Below are positions 12,890-25,322 of a DNA stretch of 64,000 bases, in pieces. This DNA is from Octopus vulgaris (Eukaryota): the NCBI GenBank assembly GCA_951406725.2, contig OX597821.1, positions 20,398,001 through 20,462,000 on the forward strand, read 5' to 3'. A model generated the notes under the pieces. That model was given only the letters and a program-made list of their open reading frames with translations. It was not told the origin of the DNA and ran no database searches. A program made the translations under genes and the position numbers. Every line of letters begins with the position of its first letter. Positions within the stretch are counted from its first letter, which is position 1.

Positions 12890-13783
12890 CCACGGTTTCT
12901 ATTTCTGCTCTACCGGTCACTCTTTACAACATCTATCTGGGGTTGGATTGTCCGTGCACAGGTGCCATCCTGACTCCTGTTTTCGCTGTGAACATGAAGT
13001 AGTCTTCTCTCTTTGCTCCTTTGCACCACATAGTGGTCAACCCTCCTCCTCGTTTCATCTACCCCCTCCTCTCTCCCTCACATCTATTTCCTCCCTTCGC
13101 TTCCACCCACCTCTCCTCTCTTGCTCTGACACCTACTTCCTCTCTTCACTCCTACCCACCTTCTCCCTTCATCGTCACCTCTCCATCGTTACCCTACCCT
13201 ACACATTCCCACTCCACCATCTCTATAGATCACGTCCCACTCCCACCCCATCCCAAATTCCAATCTCATACATTCCAATCCCCCATACCCCATTCCACCC
13301 TTACACCCCACTTCTACTTAGCCCACCCGTACACCACCATACAGCACCACACACCAGCATGCAGAACCATGCCACACCACATCATACCACACCACACACA
13401 CTAGCACTGACCACTTCCCAACACCCACACCATCATTCAAACACTTATATATGCACACACGCACACGTCAAGTTCACCAGCCCCTAAACACACGCAAATT
13501 CACGCTCTCGCATGTGCGCAGTCGTGTTGGGATCACCAATACTTTTTATCTCCCCTTCTTCCTAGCTCTCCTGTCTGACCACATCTGTCCTGCATTCTCC
13601 ATGATTGATCGCTAACCACTAAACCTTTCTTATTATACTCTCTCTGCTTATTTATGAGTTCCTTTGTGTTGAAGAGCGTAGACTCTTCTGACTTCCCGAG
13701 CGTTAAACTTATTCATCTGTTTGTTGTTTACACACCCGTCTTCGTCTTTAGTTTTTTGGGGTTTTTTTTTGTAAATTCCAACA

Positions 13784-13785
<2 letters not shown>
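12890..13785 (+). mobile_element. 3' end of a Penelope-like element (end of GIY-YIG domain, C/T-rich 3' UTR, tail)
   Basis: STGHSLQHLSGVGLSVHRCHPDSCFRCEHEVVFSLCSF matches 39010-39150 and 53340-53385; tail matches the reverse complement of 52337-52620; ends in (TA)n. Confidence 0.85.
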
Positions 13786-13807
<22 letters not shown>

Positions 13808-13814
<7 letters not shown>

Positions 13815-14201
13815 AAAGTCAGGATGCTTGTGTGTGTGTACATGAATGTAATTTATGCACGTCCACAAATTAGCACGCATGTGGCTCCAATTTTAGAACA
13901 TTCGTTATGACCCTAGCTGTATTTTCGTCAAATTATTTTTCCCAGAGGCACCAGCGAATAGCAGTAAAAATATATTTTCAACCAAAACTTATAAAAATTT
14001 TCAAGTCGGAGAAATCCCAATTGTTTGCAAACAGGAGTTAAGTCCCCTTCTAGCGACGAGTAAATTTTTGTGAAGACTTTTGTTGTGTTTTTTCCATTGA
14101 GGAAAAGTGTATTGTTGATATACGGGCAACACACACACGAACATGTATGCATACAAAAGACATGTATGCAATAGGGGTACGTACGTACGTGTGTGTGTGT
14201 G

Positions 14202-14246
<45 letters not shown>

Positions 14247-14360
14247 ACGTATTTCGACCAAATTTGACATCGATGTTATTTAATTTGGTTTGAAATAAAT
14301 AACCTGATGAGCTTAATAATCCTAACTTAATCCCCGGCAAAGCCGGGTTATACTGATAGT
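13808..14360 (+). mobile_element. Non-autonomous Helitron
   Basis: Starts TATATAAAAG. Sub-terminal hairpin CCCGGC-AAA-GCCGGG (14333-14347), then TTATACTGATAG|T, a decayed CTAG end. Confidence 0.65.
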
Positions 14361-14366
14361 GTATAA

Positions 14367-14417
<51 letters not shown>

Positions 14418-15226
14418 ACATATGTATGCATATGCCTACGTGTTTCTTCATACGCATCTGTGTGTGAGTGTGTGTGCGTGTGTGTATGTATATATAAGCA
14501 TGCACACAGCCACTGGACATGGAAATATACGTATCCCGTAAAATAAGTTTGGGATTAATGAACAACTCGTTATGGGAACACTGGCCATTTGGAGAGGGAG
14601 ATTAGACCTGTCATACGTCGTAACGTTGACCTCTAGTACTCTACTGCTTTGCTATCATATAAATCAATGATTTCAAAAATCGATGTGTAATGACCGAGCT
14701 ATTGTGTTCAATTTTAAGGTATTTCTTTCGAAAGAGGGTTTCTTTACAGTCGCTCTAAGATTGAATGAACAATCAGTTACCAAGTTTCACCTTCGTTACT
14801 GAATGTATCTCACACACAATGAATGTGATGATACAAAGTTCGAGGCCAATGTAATGCCTTCTAATAAAGCTATCTTCTCCCGTAAGTTAGATCGTGGCAC
14901 GTGGGAATCGTTCTCACATCGGTTGTCGGTAAATCATGATTGGGTAGAATTGGCTTGAGAGGAATTTTAAACCTTCACATATACGTTGTATTATTCTCTT
15001 TTAACATTGTAGACAGCAATTTGTAAAAAGTGCGTGGTTTGTCAAAAGTTGCTTCATAATTTCGAACTGATCACTAAACACCTACACGTAAAGATACCCA
15101 AAGAGATAATCACATAAGTATATATGCATATCTATAATATGGTTATCGCACCTACACATTTGGCTACCTATCGATCTACCTACGTAACAATATACGTACC
15201 TATCTACATACGCACATACATACAAA

Positions 15227-15265
<39 letters not shown>

Positions 15266-15440
15266 ATAAATATTAGGGAATAAATCCAAATTTACAGGGA
15301 AAAAAATCAGATTTAGGATTAAATCCAATTTTATAGTAAAATATTATAAAATATTATTAGAGACAAAACCACTATTTTGCAAAACAAACAAGGAAAGACT
15401 TAATCAATACATAAAATTTTAATAAATAGTCAAAAAACCG

Positions 15441-15483
15441 CCACTACAATCGTTTCTTGTCTTGATCGACAATCTTCAGGTGG
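15441..15483 (-). ncRNA. Minimal type I hammerhead ribozyme (mirror copy)
   Basis: Exact reverse complement of 15531-15573. Confidence 0.85.
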
Positions 15484-15530
15484 ACTTCCAATAAGTCAAT
15501 TTCAAAATTTGAAATTGACTTATTGGAAGT

Positions 15531-15573
15531 CCACCTGAAGATTGTCGATCAAGACAAGAAACGATTGTAGTGG
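15531..15573 (+). ncRNA. Minimal type I hammerhead ribozyme
   Basis: CCAC-CTGAAGA-TTGTC gatcaa GACAA-GAAAC-gatt-GTA-GTGG: intact core with stems I, II and III. Confidence 0.85.
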
Positions 15574-15656
15574 CGGTTTTTTTGACTATTTATTAAAATT
15601 TTATGTATTGATTAAGTCTTTCCTTGTTTGTTTTGCAAAATAGTGGTTTTGTCTCT

Positions 15657-15716
<60 letters not shown>

Positions 15717-15902
15717 TAAGCAATTAAAGTTTTAGCAACGAATTGCCTTACCACACACCGAATTTAGAAATAGCAGTCAAAGAGATTATAGCTATTTCTT
15801 CTACTAAAAGGAGATCACAGTAAAGACACAGCATTTGAAAGGCAAATACAAACAGGTAAGAGAGAATGAATTAACGCCAATCTATCATACAGTTTTAAGT
15901 CA

Positions 15903-15994
15903 CCTACGGACGTACGTTTCGAGATCAAGTCTTAGGAAAGCATAAGAATTAGATAACTCTACCTTACCCAGACCTCTTCTTTCATCAGCGCAGG
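15903..15994 (-). ncRNA. Type I hammerhead ribozyme, extended stem II (mirror copy)
   Basis: Reverse complement of 16211-16302; stem I CCTGCG/CGTAGG. Confidence 0.8.
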
Positions 15995-16210
15995 ATACAA
16001 ACAATCATGAATGATTGAATATTGAATTTTGAGATACTAGAAGGCACCAACTCAACTCAGTATCAGAGCGAGCTAGAAGCCACAGCTAGTATCACCAAAT
16101 TCAAAGTATGAATGAAAGCTTGTGTCACCAGTCCCGCTCTGATACTGAGTTGAGTTGGTGCCTTCTAGTATCTCAAAATTCAATATTCAATCATTCATGA
16201 TTGTTTGTAT

Positions 16211-16302
16211 CCTGCGCTGATGAAAGAAGAAGTCTGGGTAAGGTAGAGTTATCTAATTCTTATGCTTTCCTAAGACTTGATCTCGAAACGTACGTCCGTG
16301 GG
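16211..16302 (+). ncRNA. Type I hammerhead ribozyme, extended stem II
   Basis: CCTGCG-CTGATGA-[61-nt hairpin]-GAAAC-GTAC-GTC-CGTGGG. Confidence 0.8.
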
Positions 16303-17251
16303 TGACTTAAAACTGTAAGATAGATTGCCGTTAATTCATTCTCTCTTACCTGTTTGTATTTGCCTTTCAAATGCTGTGTCTTTACTGTGATCTCCCTTTT
16401 AGTAGAAGAAATAGCTATAATCTCTTTGACTGCTATTTCTAAATTCGGTGTGTGGTAAGGTAATTCGTTGCTAAACCCTTAATTGCTTAGTATTACTTAA
16501 ATTTTCCTCGAATGAGGCTTTTACATGCCGAAGACTACTTGGTGTAATTGATAATTATTCCAAATTAATTAATTTCACCCTTCATTGTTACTTATATATA
16601 TATATATATATAGATAGATAGATAGATACATACATACATACATACATACATACATACATACATACATACATACATACATACATACATAAATGCACACACA
16701 CACACACATACATACATACATACATACATACATACATACATACATACATACAAAAATAACCTTTTTCGCTGACTATCCACTCGCCGACAGTCTTTGTACG
16801 CAAGCATTGACGACATTAAAGTTTTACTCAACCAATGACGACAGTTTTATTCTTCTCAAAATTCTTCCACCTTATCAATCTTTCAACGTCTTACGTCTGT
16901 GCGTAATTTTCGAGATTTTATAACATTCTCTCTTTTCAGAACGAAACTATGGTTTCTTCAGCCTAATGCACTATTATAGTATGGCTTCATCTGTATCAGA
17001 TCATGACGGTATCTTCACACCCAAACACACACACACAACACACACACACACATACACGCTCACATACACACACATACATACATACACACACACAATCAAT
17101 CAAGATAAAGCGTCTGTAATTACTACACCGTGTCTTACGCATTCATCAATTTATTCATTCACGTTGTCTTCTTCCTCGTGTATATATACATACATACCAC
17201 ACCCAAACCCTCACGAACCCAACCACCCACCAACTCAAAACACACACACAC

Positions 17252-17332
<81 letters not shown>

Positions 17333-17334
<2 letters not shown>

Positions 17335-17459
17335 CTTTATTTCAAAGCAGCACAAAGCAGCTTTTGTTATATTTCTGCCTTTAAATAATGCACATTACTC
17401 TACCTCTAGTATTTGAGTACTGTCTTTTTCCACCTTGTTTCACATTTATGTGCTTCATC

Positions 17460-17462
<3 letters not shown>
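17333..17462 (+). mobile_element. Diverged tail-only fold-back remnant, same family as 2113-2235
   Basis: ATTACTCTACC...GTATTTGAGTAC...TTCCACCTTGTTTCACATTTATGTG; flanked by (TA)n. Confidence 0.75.
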
Positions 17463-17527
<65 letters not shown>

Positions 17528-17618
17528 CAAAGTAAAGTTGTAAGGTGCCGCACGAGTAAAAATATATATGAAAGAAGGTTTGAAAAACATCTTTAAAATT
17601 GCATTTTCAAACCATCTT

Positions 17619-17650
<32 letters not shown>

Positions 17651-18093
17651 CGCGCGCAGACACATTACCCAAAAAACAAAAATCCTAGAATAACAATAAA
17701 CATCATAAAAATAAACTCTAAAAATTAGACCACAGTAACCATAATAATCTCTAATAGAACAGTTAATATTAATACTACCTAGCCAGAAAGCACCAAATCC
17801 ACTAATATTAATAAGAAAACTAAAACAAATAACCATAGACAGAAATAGGAACATGAATCATGCACACTTTTAAAATCCAACGTATCCCACTATATCTCAT
17901 CCTCCTAATAACTCACATGGCTACATAACTAATATAAACAAAGTTAGAGGTATGAATACGAAAGAAAAAAGAATCCTATACCATATATTTTCGAATGAAA
18001 TACCCATAAAATTCAAACCACCTTCACTGAAAATTAGATATATACATTTGCGAATCGGGACAGATATTCTCGGCTGGCGGGCGTCTGATACTC

Positions 18094-18136
18094 TAGACCG
18101 ATGATGGACAATGATCCTGAAACATGCGAGTCTCTA
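18094..18136 (+). ncRNA. Hammerhead-like motif with variant core CCGATGA
   Basis: TAGA-CCGATGA-TGGA caatga TCCT-GAAAC-atgcga-GTC-TCTA. Confidence 0.6.
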
Positions 18137-18439
18137 AATACAGGCCTGGCTGCTGGGGGTGTTTGTCTCCCCTTCGTAAATGTTTATAAGGACACAGGAA
18201 AAATGTGTCGAAGCCATCAGGAAGCGTCGATGCTTCCTAGAGGTAAACAGCGGTGGTGTAACCCCCTACTGTCACGTTCACGTTAGATTGACGGTATACA
18301 ACCATTCTATCGCCCCACCACCGTACATATCTCTATGAGAGATTTAGAAATTTAATATTTCTGAAGAATAACATCATTTGGATGTTAGTGTCGTTTTGCT
18401 ATACAACAATAATATAGACATAACAATAGAGTATCATAT

Positions 18440-18860
18440 AATAGTTCTAGTTGTAGTTGTAGAACCCAGATACCTGTGAGATAAAGGGTAATTGTAAAAT
18501 GAAAAAGGTAGTATACCAAACTACAAATTTACCCATAATCTCTCTAAATTCACGTACATTGGATGTACTCAATTTATGAGTATCTAAATTACTATTAAAT
18601 GACCATAAATCATCCTTCAACGTCCCTAGAAAAGAAAATAGTACAGGTTTATCTAAAAAGGTTTGGCAACTGAAAAGAAGTAGCATAGATTATTCGGTGT
18701 CTTGAAAAAGTTTCTCTTCATATCCTTCTTATAGGCATAATAACAGGATTTGTTATTTAGAAGAGAGTTACAATATTATGAAAATGGATATTCTCTTTTA
18801 AATTCGAGAGATCAAAAAGTTTTTTTCTTGTAAACATGTCAAAACTCCTTTTTATTAACC
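18440..18860 (+). pseudogene. Decayed GIY-YIG endonuclease of a Penelope-like element (Cys-rich, Naiad-like type)
   Basis: CSCR..CEIKGNCKMKKVVYQ, FTYIGCT, HKSSFNVPRKENSTGLSKKVWQLK, ICYLEE, NSRD..SCKH; same motif order as 47950-48420. Confidence 0.75.
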
Positions 18861-19701
18861 TCAAATAATTCTCTTCACCCCACTTCCTCTAACGTTTTTA
18901 TAACTTTTTTTCTTATTCTTACACCTCCTTATAATTTCGTTCTTTGTATAATACATCTCTCTACAATATTACTACCTTTATATTAGATTCATATCCTTAA
19001 TACTCTCTATTTTATCCATTTTACATTACCTGGTTATTCATATGACATTTAAACCCCACCCACCTATATCATATGACCCTTTCGTATTCTTAACTTCAAT
19101 TGTGAAAACTATACCATATATTCATATATCTTCCTTTTTTACTCAAGACATTTTTTAAGACTAATTTTTTGAACACCACTTAAAATATACACACACATAT
19201 ATACATTTATTGTTTGTTATATATTTTTCCACAATATGTACTTAAATACACATCTTTCACCTATTATGAATATTACTGCTTCTATTATTATTATCATAAT
19301 CAACTATGGGCAAAATATTTGTTTGTTTATCCTTTATCTTTTTCTGTTGATATACAAATACATTCTTTAATAATATTTTTAGATGTATACTTTTTAACCC
19401 TAATTTATCTTTACTATTTATATTTTCCTTTATTCTTTTCACCCTTCTCTCTACTTCTATTCTTCCTTCTTCTTTATCTTCCTTCTTACTCTTTTTCTTT
19501 TCCCTTTTTCATATAATTTGTATTTTTGTCACTTATGCCTACATATGCCCAAATATGTATGTGTTTGTATATGTTTATGTATGTATGTGTATATCTTTAT
19601 ATTCTACGTATGAGTGTATATATGCCTGCTTCTGCACATTTAGTTACGAGTATGTAAATGTATGTGTGTGTATATGTGTAAGTGTATGGTTGTGTATATG
19701 T

Positions 19702-19753
<52 letters not shown>

Positions 19754-19758
19754 GTATA

Positions 19759-19813
<55 letters not shown>

Positions 19814-20201
19814 ACGTATGACTGTATATATGCGTGTTTATAAACATATATTTACGAATGTGTGTACGTAAATGTATGTATATATATATTTGTGTAGGAG
19901 CATGGTTGTGTATATATACATGTATATAGCTGTGTGTTTGAATATATGGATGCGTATGTATATGTAAGTGTACAAATATTTGCACTTACCCTTTTTATAT
20001 TTTTCCTTATTTTCTCTCAGATTTTCTTCGTAGTTTTTTCCGTTTCGTTTTAATTGCAACAGTATATATAAATGCATACACAAATCTTAAATAACTAACC
20101 TACCTTCTAGTCGAATTTTTGAATTAATTCAGCACGAATCACCCAAATAAAAAACGCTTTTTCAATCACTTCCAATTTCACCATCACGTTACATAAATTA
20201 G

Positions 20202-20242
<41 letters not shown>

Positions 20243-20295
20243 GAATGTATATATATATATATGTACATATATATATATATATATATATATGAATG

Positions 20296-20350
<55 letters not shown>

Positions 20351-20352
<2 letters not shown>

Positions 20353-20628
20353 AAAAAATCAAGGTAGAAAATGCTAAAATAATTTTATAAAAAACATTTC
20401 AGTACCGGTTTCATTGAGACTTTTACAACTGTAAGTAAAGAAAACAATAAAATTTTGGAAAAATTAAAAGAAAAGTTGTTTAAAAGAATATTTCGATAGT
20501 ATTGAAATACAAGGGGCACTTTCCTTGTTTCTGCCTCTCTCTCTCTCTCTCTCACTTGTTTACTCTTGTGGGTTCGTGGTCAGTTTGAATTCTTGGCAGG
20601 GAAGAAGAAGAAGAAGAAGAAGAAGAAG

Positions 20629-20660
<32 letters not shown>

Positions 20661-21150
20661 GAAGAAGAAGAAGAAGAAGAAGAAGAAGAAGAAGAAGAAG
20701 AAGAAGAAGAAGAAGAAGAAGAAGAAGAAGAAGAAGAAGAAGAAGAAGAAGAAGAAGGAGGGAGAATAGGAAGGAATGTAGGTGGTATGCTAGTAGAAGG
20801 ATGTTAAATAGTCAAGTGACCCAAAAAGTGACTCGCACTTTATTTTCTTCATGCATACTTCCAAGTAAACAAAAAGTAAGCAAACACGCGCATTAACTAC
20901 TGGTGTCACGTAGACGCTTCTATTTAGTCCCTGTCTAAGCTGAACACTACTATCGCTTTTTATTTCCGCCACATTTCAAAATGGCGCTATCTTATACGTG
21001 ATGTTATCCCGGAAAATTTTATCCTTGTGTTTTTATCCTTTCCGTTTTGTCTTTCCTTTCTTTTCTTTACCTGTTTCTCTTACACTTATTAAAAAAATCT
21101 TTTAGTCGACTGCTAGTTTTATTTTTCGTTCTTTCTGCTCTTTTGTATCT
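20351..21150 (-). mobile_element. Non-coding element abutting (TA)n, with degenerate hammerhead at 20400-20431 and internal (AAG)n
   Basis: Minus strand CAG-TTGTAAA-AGTCTCAAT-GAAAC-CG-GTA-CTG. Right boundary uncertain. Confidence 0.45.
20602..20757. repeat. (AAG)n microsatellite
   Basis: Direct reading; source of the poly-Arg ORF. Confidence 0.98.
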
Positions 21151-21769
21151 ATTATACTTTTCAATAAACATTAGGCACTGTTGCACATGTTCCCCAACTT
21201 TAACCACTGAGTTTACTCTACAAACGACAGGGAATATAATTTTTGTCATTCTTCGCAATACCAATTTTTGCCAATTTTTTCTTACCTTATGCGCTCTCCA
21301 GTTTACTTTATTGTATAACCAGGATCATTGTTCTCAGGTATATTTTCCGCTCTCTATATCTGCGTCTTAAACAATTCCTCATCATCCTTCCACAATTTTG
21401 AATCCATTCGTACCTATACGTTGTCTACTTCGTGTTTAACAAGGAATATCATTCTGTTTACACGATATTTATAACTTGTCCAAGGCCTCTATCATTATTG
21501 CACCCGAACGCTTAGTCTCCAAATATAAAATTATTATCACATCCTTTCTCCTCTATAGATCCTTCTCACTATTCGACCTGATATCACAGATCCACAACCT
21601 TAACTGGAATAGAACCTACGCTCTTAACTCGATTACTCCTCATTCTATCCTTCGTTTCATCCATCATCTTAAAAATCTTAGTATTTAACTGCTCCACCAC
21701 TTACCAATTCATCCTACCACTCAACACATCACACATATGTATCTAATCCCAAATCCATACTTTCTCCAC

Positions 21770-22033
21770 CTAAATAATAAATAAATGCGCCCTTTTAAAG
21801 CCTAGCCAGGCTCGTGGGCCCAGTTTCCCGGTTTCAATGGCGTATGTGTTCCCCAGCTGTATGGGGCGCCAGTCCATCGCAGCGTTACTCATTTTTGCCA
21901 GCTGAGCGGACTGGAGCAACGTGAAATGAAGTGTTTTGCTCAAGAACACAACGCCTCACCCGGTCCTGGAATCGAAACCACAATCTTACGATCATGATGC
22001 TGACACCCTAACAACTAAGCAACGCGCCTCGAC
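21770..22033 (-). mobile_element. tRNA-derived SINE, family C
   Basis: Minus-strand head GAGGCGCGTTGCTTAGTTGTTAGG...GGTTTCGATTCC. 11-bp TSD ACTTTCTCCAC at 21759-21769 and 22034-22044. Confidence 0.88.
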
Positions 22034-23086
22034 ACTTTCTCCACATACAACCATCTTACAAATATCCCACAACATCTAATACACTCCCCCACTATCCCTA
22101 ATGGTCCAAGTAATTCTCTTTTCTACTCCTACCCTAGTGCCAATTCAACTCTCTATACCCTGCACGCAGTTCTTAAATTACTATTGACATACGACCCAAC
22201 GAAGCTGAGCCCCAATATAATGTCACCCGACATTCTCTCCATTATGAACTATTTTGCTTTCTCTGCAGCTAAAATCTTCATACTGTACCAGTCCTAAGTT
22301 CCATCTGACAAAACTTTTGATACTTGATATCCGACAACCACTCTTTCCTCATTATCGCAAATCACCTTTCCTATTCTTTTCGCGTACATGAAATCTACAA
22401 AGCCTAGTGGCCTTTAGTACCCCCCCCCCACCTTATCTCACACACAAATCAAATCACTTTCATATTCTCACTTCCGTTTTCACAGCAGACTGATGTTCAT
22501 CAACGCCAACGACGTCTTGAAACATAATTCGCTCTTTCTATTACAGTTCCAAATACATTATTTTGTTTAAACTACCTCTAATGCCAACGATACATATTGC
22601 ACAGTATTGTCAATGAATAACCCACCGAATCAGAGATTTTAACTTCACAGGTGGTGCTGCTTGTTACTGCCGTTCTCGTTCATGGGATCACATTACCAGA
22701 TACCACAGATTATAGTGTTACTTGGAATGCCCGAACACATTACATTTGACAGCTCAAGGAATCAGAATTGTCTTTCTAAAACCTCTTTGCAACTTACAGT
22801 TCAATTACTCAACTACTGGAGTCAATATTCACAGTGAAAACAATCAAAATTACATCCAGAGATAAACTGCAACCATATACGACTGACGACTGGAAACACC
22901 CACTTAATATACATAGTATGCACCTACACTAAGCACTTACGCAGTTATATTCACAACATACGCATCAATTACACATACGCAAACAGTTACATACACCAAA
23001 TACACAAATGCAGGAAACCATGAAAATAGTTATAATGAATTAAGACAAACAGCGAGTTTAAAATCAGTGTGCTTGTGTGTGGGTGA

Positions 23087-23121
<35 letters not shown>

Positions 23122-23126
<5 letters not shown>

Positions 23127-23690
23127 AAAAATTATTTATAAAAATTACAAAAGGGGACAAGAACGCAAAACACACAAAGAGACAACATAAAAAAAAAAAA
23201 ACAGACGGGTCATTCGAAGCCTCTAATCTTCAGTCGGGAACCGGATCATCTTAGCACTTTCGGTTGATTAATCCTAATATCGCTCCGATCCGGCCAGCCC
23301 CAAGGAAAAACTAAGCTACGAGAATTAAATCTCTTGGAAAAAGGATCGAATGTATACGAAACAAGGACAGAAAACCGGACGATGCCACAAGAATATAAAA
23401 TACAAGAAACAAAAAATAAAAATAAAAAACAAGAATAGTAATAACAGAACAAAAACAGCGGGTGTCTTACGACTTCAGACAATTTAACTTATCTTGGCTG
23501 GCGTATTTTGTAAAAATGCCTTTGCGGTAGATGAAGACAACAGTGTTAACATGGCAGCGGTCAAAGGCGGAAAGACCAGTTGAACAGCAGTCACGTGAGA
23601 GGAGAGAATAAGAGAGAGAAAAAAAAGCAGGGGCAAGGAATCAAAGAGAGAGAGAAAGAAAGGGACAAAGGCACCGAAAAAGATTCACGA
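23122..23690 (-). mobile_element. Probable Penelope-derived non-coding element next to (TA)n
   Basis: Tail composition like the other PLE ends; CTGAAGA relic at about 23227-23233 on the minus strand without a clean GAAA. Confidence 0.35.
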
Positions 23691-24049
23691 AAAGGTTGAA
23701 CTACATATCAATTGATTTTAGGATTACGGGGAAACTCCTCTTTTTATCATCAGTGTAATACAATCTATTTGAACTGTGATTATAAACGAGATAACGTAAC
23801 GCGGAGGAGAACTTTTGCTATATGAACAGCCTTCTGAGTCACATAATTTCGGTTTGAAGGAGGCTATCGGGGGGCTCGAGGCTCATTGTAGTAACTGTGA
23901 GCATTATCATTAAAAGTAAGAATTGTTCCCCCACAAAAGCAATCGCTACTCATTTTTTAAAATATATTATACTGTACAAAGAACTTTTTATTATTTTACG
24001 TACGTGTGTGTATGGGTGGATGTGCGTGAGTGTGTGGGTGTGCGTGTCT

Positions 24050-24250
24050 TTGTGTCTGAGTCTGTCGCCTACCGCCACTTGACAGCCGGTGTTGGTGTGT
24101 TTTTGTCCATAATGGCTCGGTAATAGAGTTCGATAGAATATGTACTAGAGTCTTAGAGACTTAGAGTCGATTTGTTCGACTAAATCCCTTCAAGGTGGTG
24201 CCCCAGCATGGCCACAGTCAAATGATTGAAACAAGATAAAAAGATAAAAG
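24050..24250 (+). mobile_element. 3' part of a family B-related SINE
   Basis: TTGACAGCCGGTGTTGGTGTGTTT...GGTGGTGCCCCAGCATGGCCACAGTCAAATGATTGAAACAAGATAAAAAG. Confidence 0.8.
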
Positions 24251-24450
24251 ATTGTATACACTAATCAGGTATTCAGGTTTACACTTAGTGTGAGTTGTAC
24301 AAAGACATACTTTCCTACACACATTCAGAAGTTATGCACACATTGAGAGTGAGGTGCATATAAGTGTTGAGCATTCGCATAAACCCTCACTTATATTTAA
24401 ATGTTTACGTGTGTATACATGTATATGTACAAATATATATATAGATACAT

Positions 24451-24867
24451 ACTCTTTACTCTTTTACTCTTTTACTTGTTTCAGTCATTTGACTGCGGCC
24501 ATGCTGGAGCACCGCCTTTAATCGAGCAACTCGACCCCGGGACTTATTCTTTTTGTAAGCCCAGTACTTATTCTATCGGTCTCTTTTTGCCGAACCGCTA
24601 AGTGACGGGGACGTAAACACACCAGCATCGGTTGTCAAGCAATGCTAGGGGAACAAACACAGACACATAAACACACACACACATACATATATATACATAT
24701 ATACGACAGGCTTCTTTCAGTTTCCTTCTACCAAATCCACTCACAAGGCATTGGTCGGCCCGGGGCTATAGCAGAAGACACTTGCCCAAGATGCCACGCA
24801 GTGGGACTGAACCCGGAACCATGAGGTTGGTTAGCAAGCTACTTACCACACAGCCACTCCTGCGCCT
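24451..24867 (-). mobile_element. tRNA-derived SINE, family B, with internal (TA)/(TG) microsatellite and (GTAAAAGA)n tail
   Basis: Head AGGCGCAGGAGTGGCTGTGTGGTAAG...GGGTTCAGTCCC; about ten copies in the window. Confidence 0.92.
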
Positions 24868-25322
24868 ATATCTATTTTTATGTATGTGTGTGTATTTATA
24901 TATATTTATGCATATACATGCGTATAATATATATACACTTTCATACATATAAGAGTTTGTACGTGTGAATACAGATTGTGATAAATTAGATTAATATGGA
25001 AATTACTTATATAGTGCACGATAATCACCGGCAATATAACCAAAGCTAATCTTTTACAATATTACCTTAATTGTCTATAAGACCAGTATATACCTACCAC
25101 ATAGAGATTCGGAAATAAAAAACTTTGCGAAACACTAAATATGGCTTAGCTTTATTAAGGCAAATAGTTTCCAGTCAACAATAAGTATGACAGATTATTG
25201 TTATTAGTCAACATCAAATGTCACATCGAATGTATTAAAAACGGCAGTAAAATTCTGAATATGCTGCCGATACAGTGTCTCTGATTTTTAATTGAAGAAC
25301 AGAAGCGTTATGTTTTTATAGT

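Larger units (their letters stand above)
15262..15664. mobile_element. Fold-back pLTR/retrozyme-like element; near-perfect 314-bp palindrome at 15351-15664
   Basis: Arms of about 156 bp centred on 15507, differing only by a 1-nt homopolymer indel; (TA)n on both sides. Confidence 0.9.
15714..16590. mobile_element. Second fold-back element: inverted arms 15714-16070 and 16135-16492, 64-bp spacer, about 100-bp tail
   Basis: Arms of about 357 bp with a handful of mismatches; (TA)n on both sides. Confidence 0.9.

Noticed and set aside
12882-13487. 201-aa His/Pro/Ser-rich ORF
   Set aside because: End of a Penelope ORF read through into its C/T-rich UTR; the same applies to the 52454-53361 ORFs.
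20525-20896. Poly-Arg protamine-like ORF
   Set aside because: Pure (AAG)n microsatellite inside a repeat element.
21380-22450. Possible old LINE coding fragments, also at 29230-29690, 43730-44640 and 48960-49470
   Set aside because: Strand-biased composition suggests LINE relics, but I could not read diagnostic motifs.
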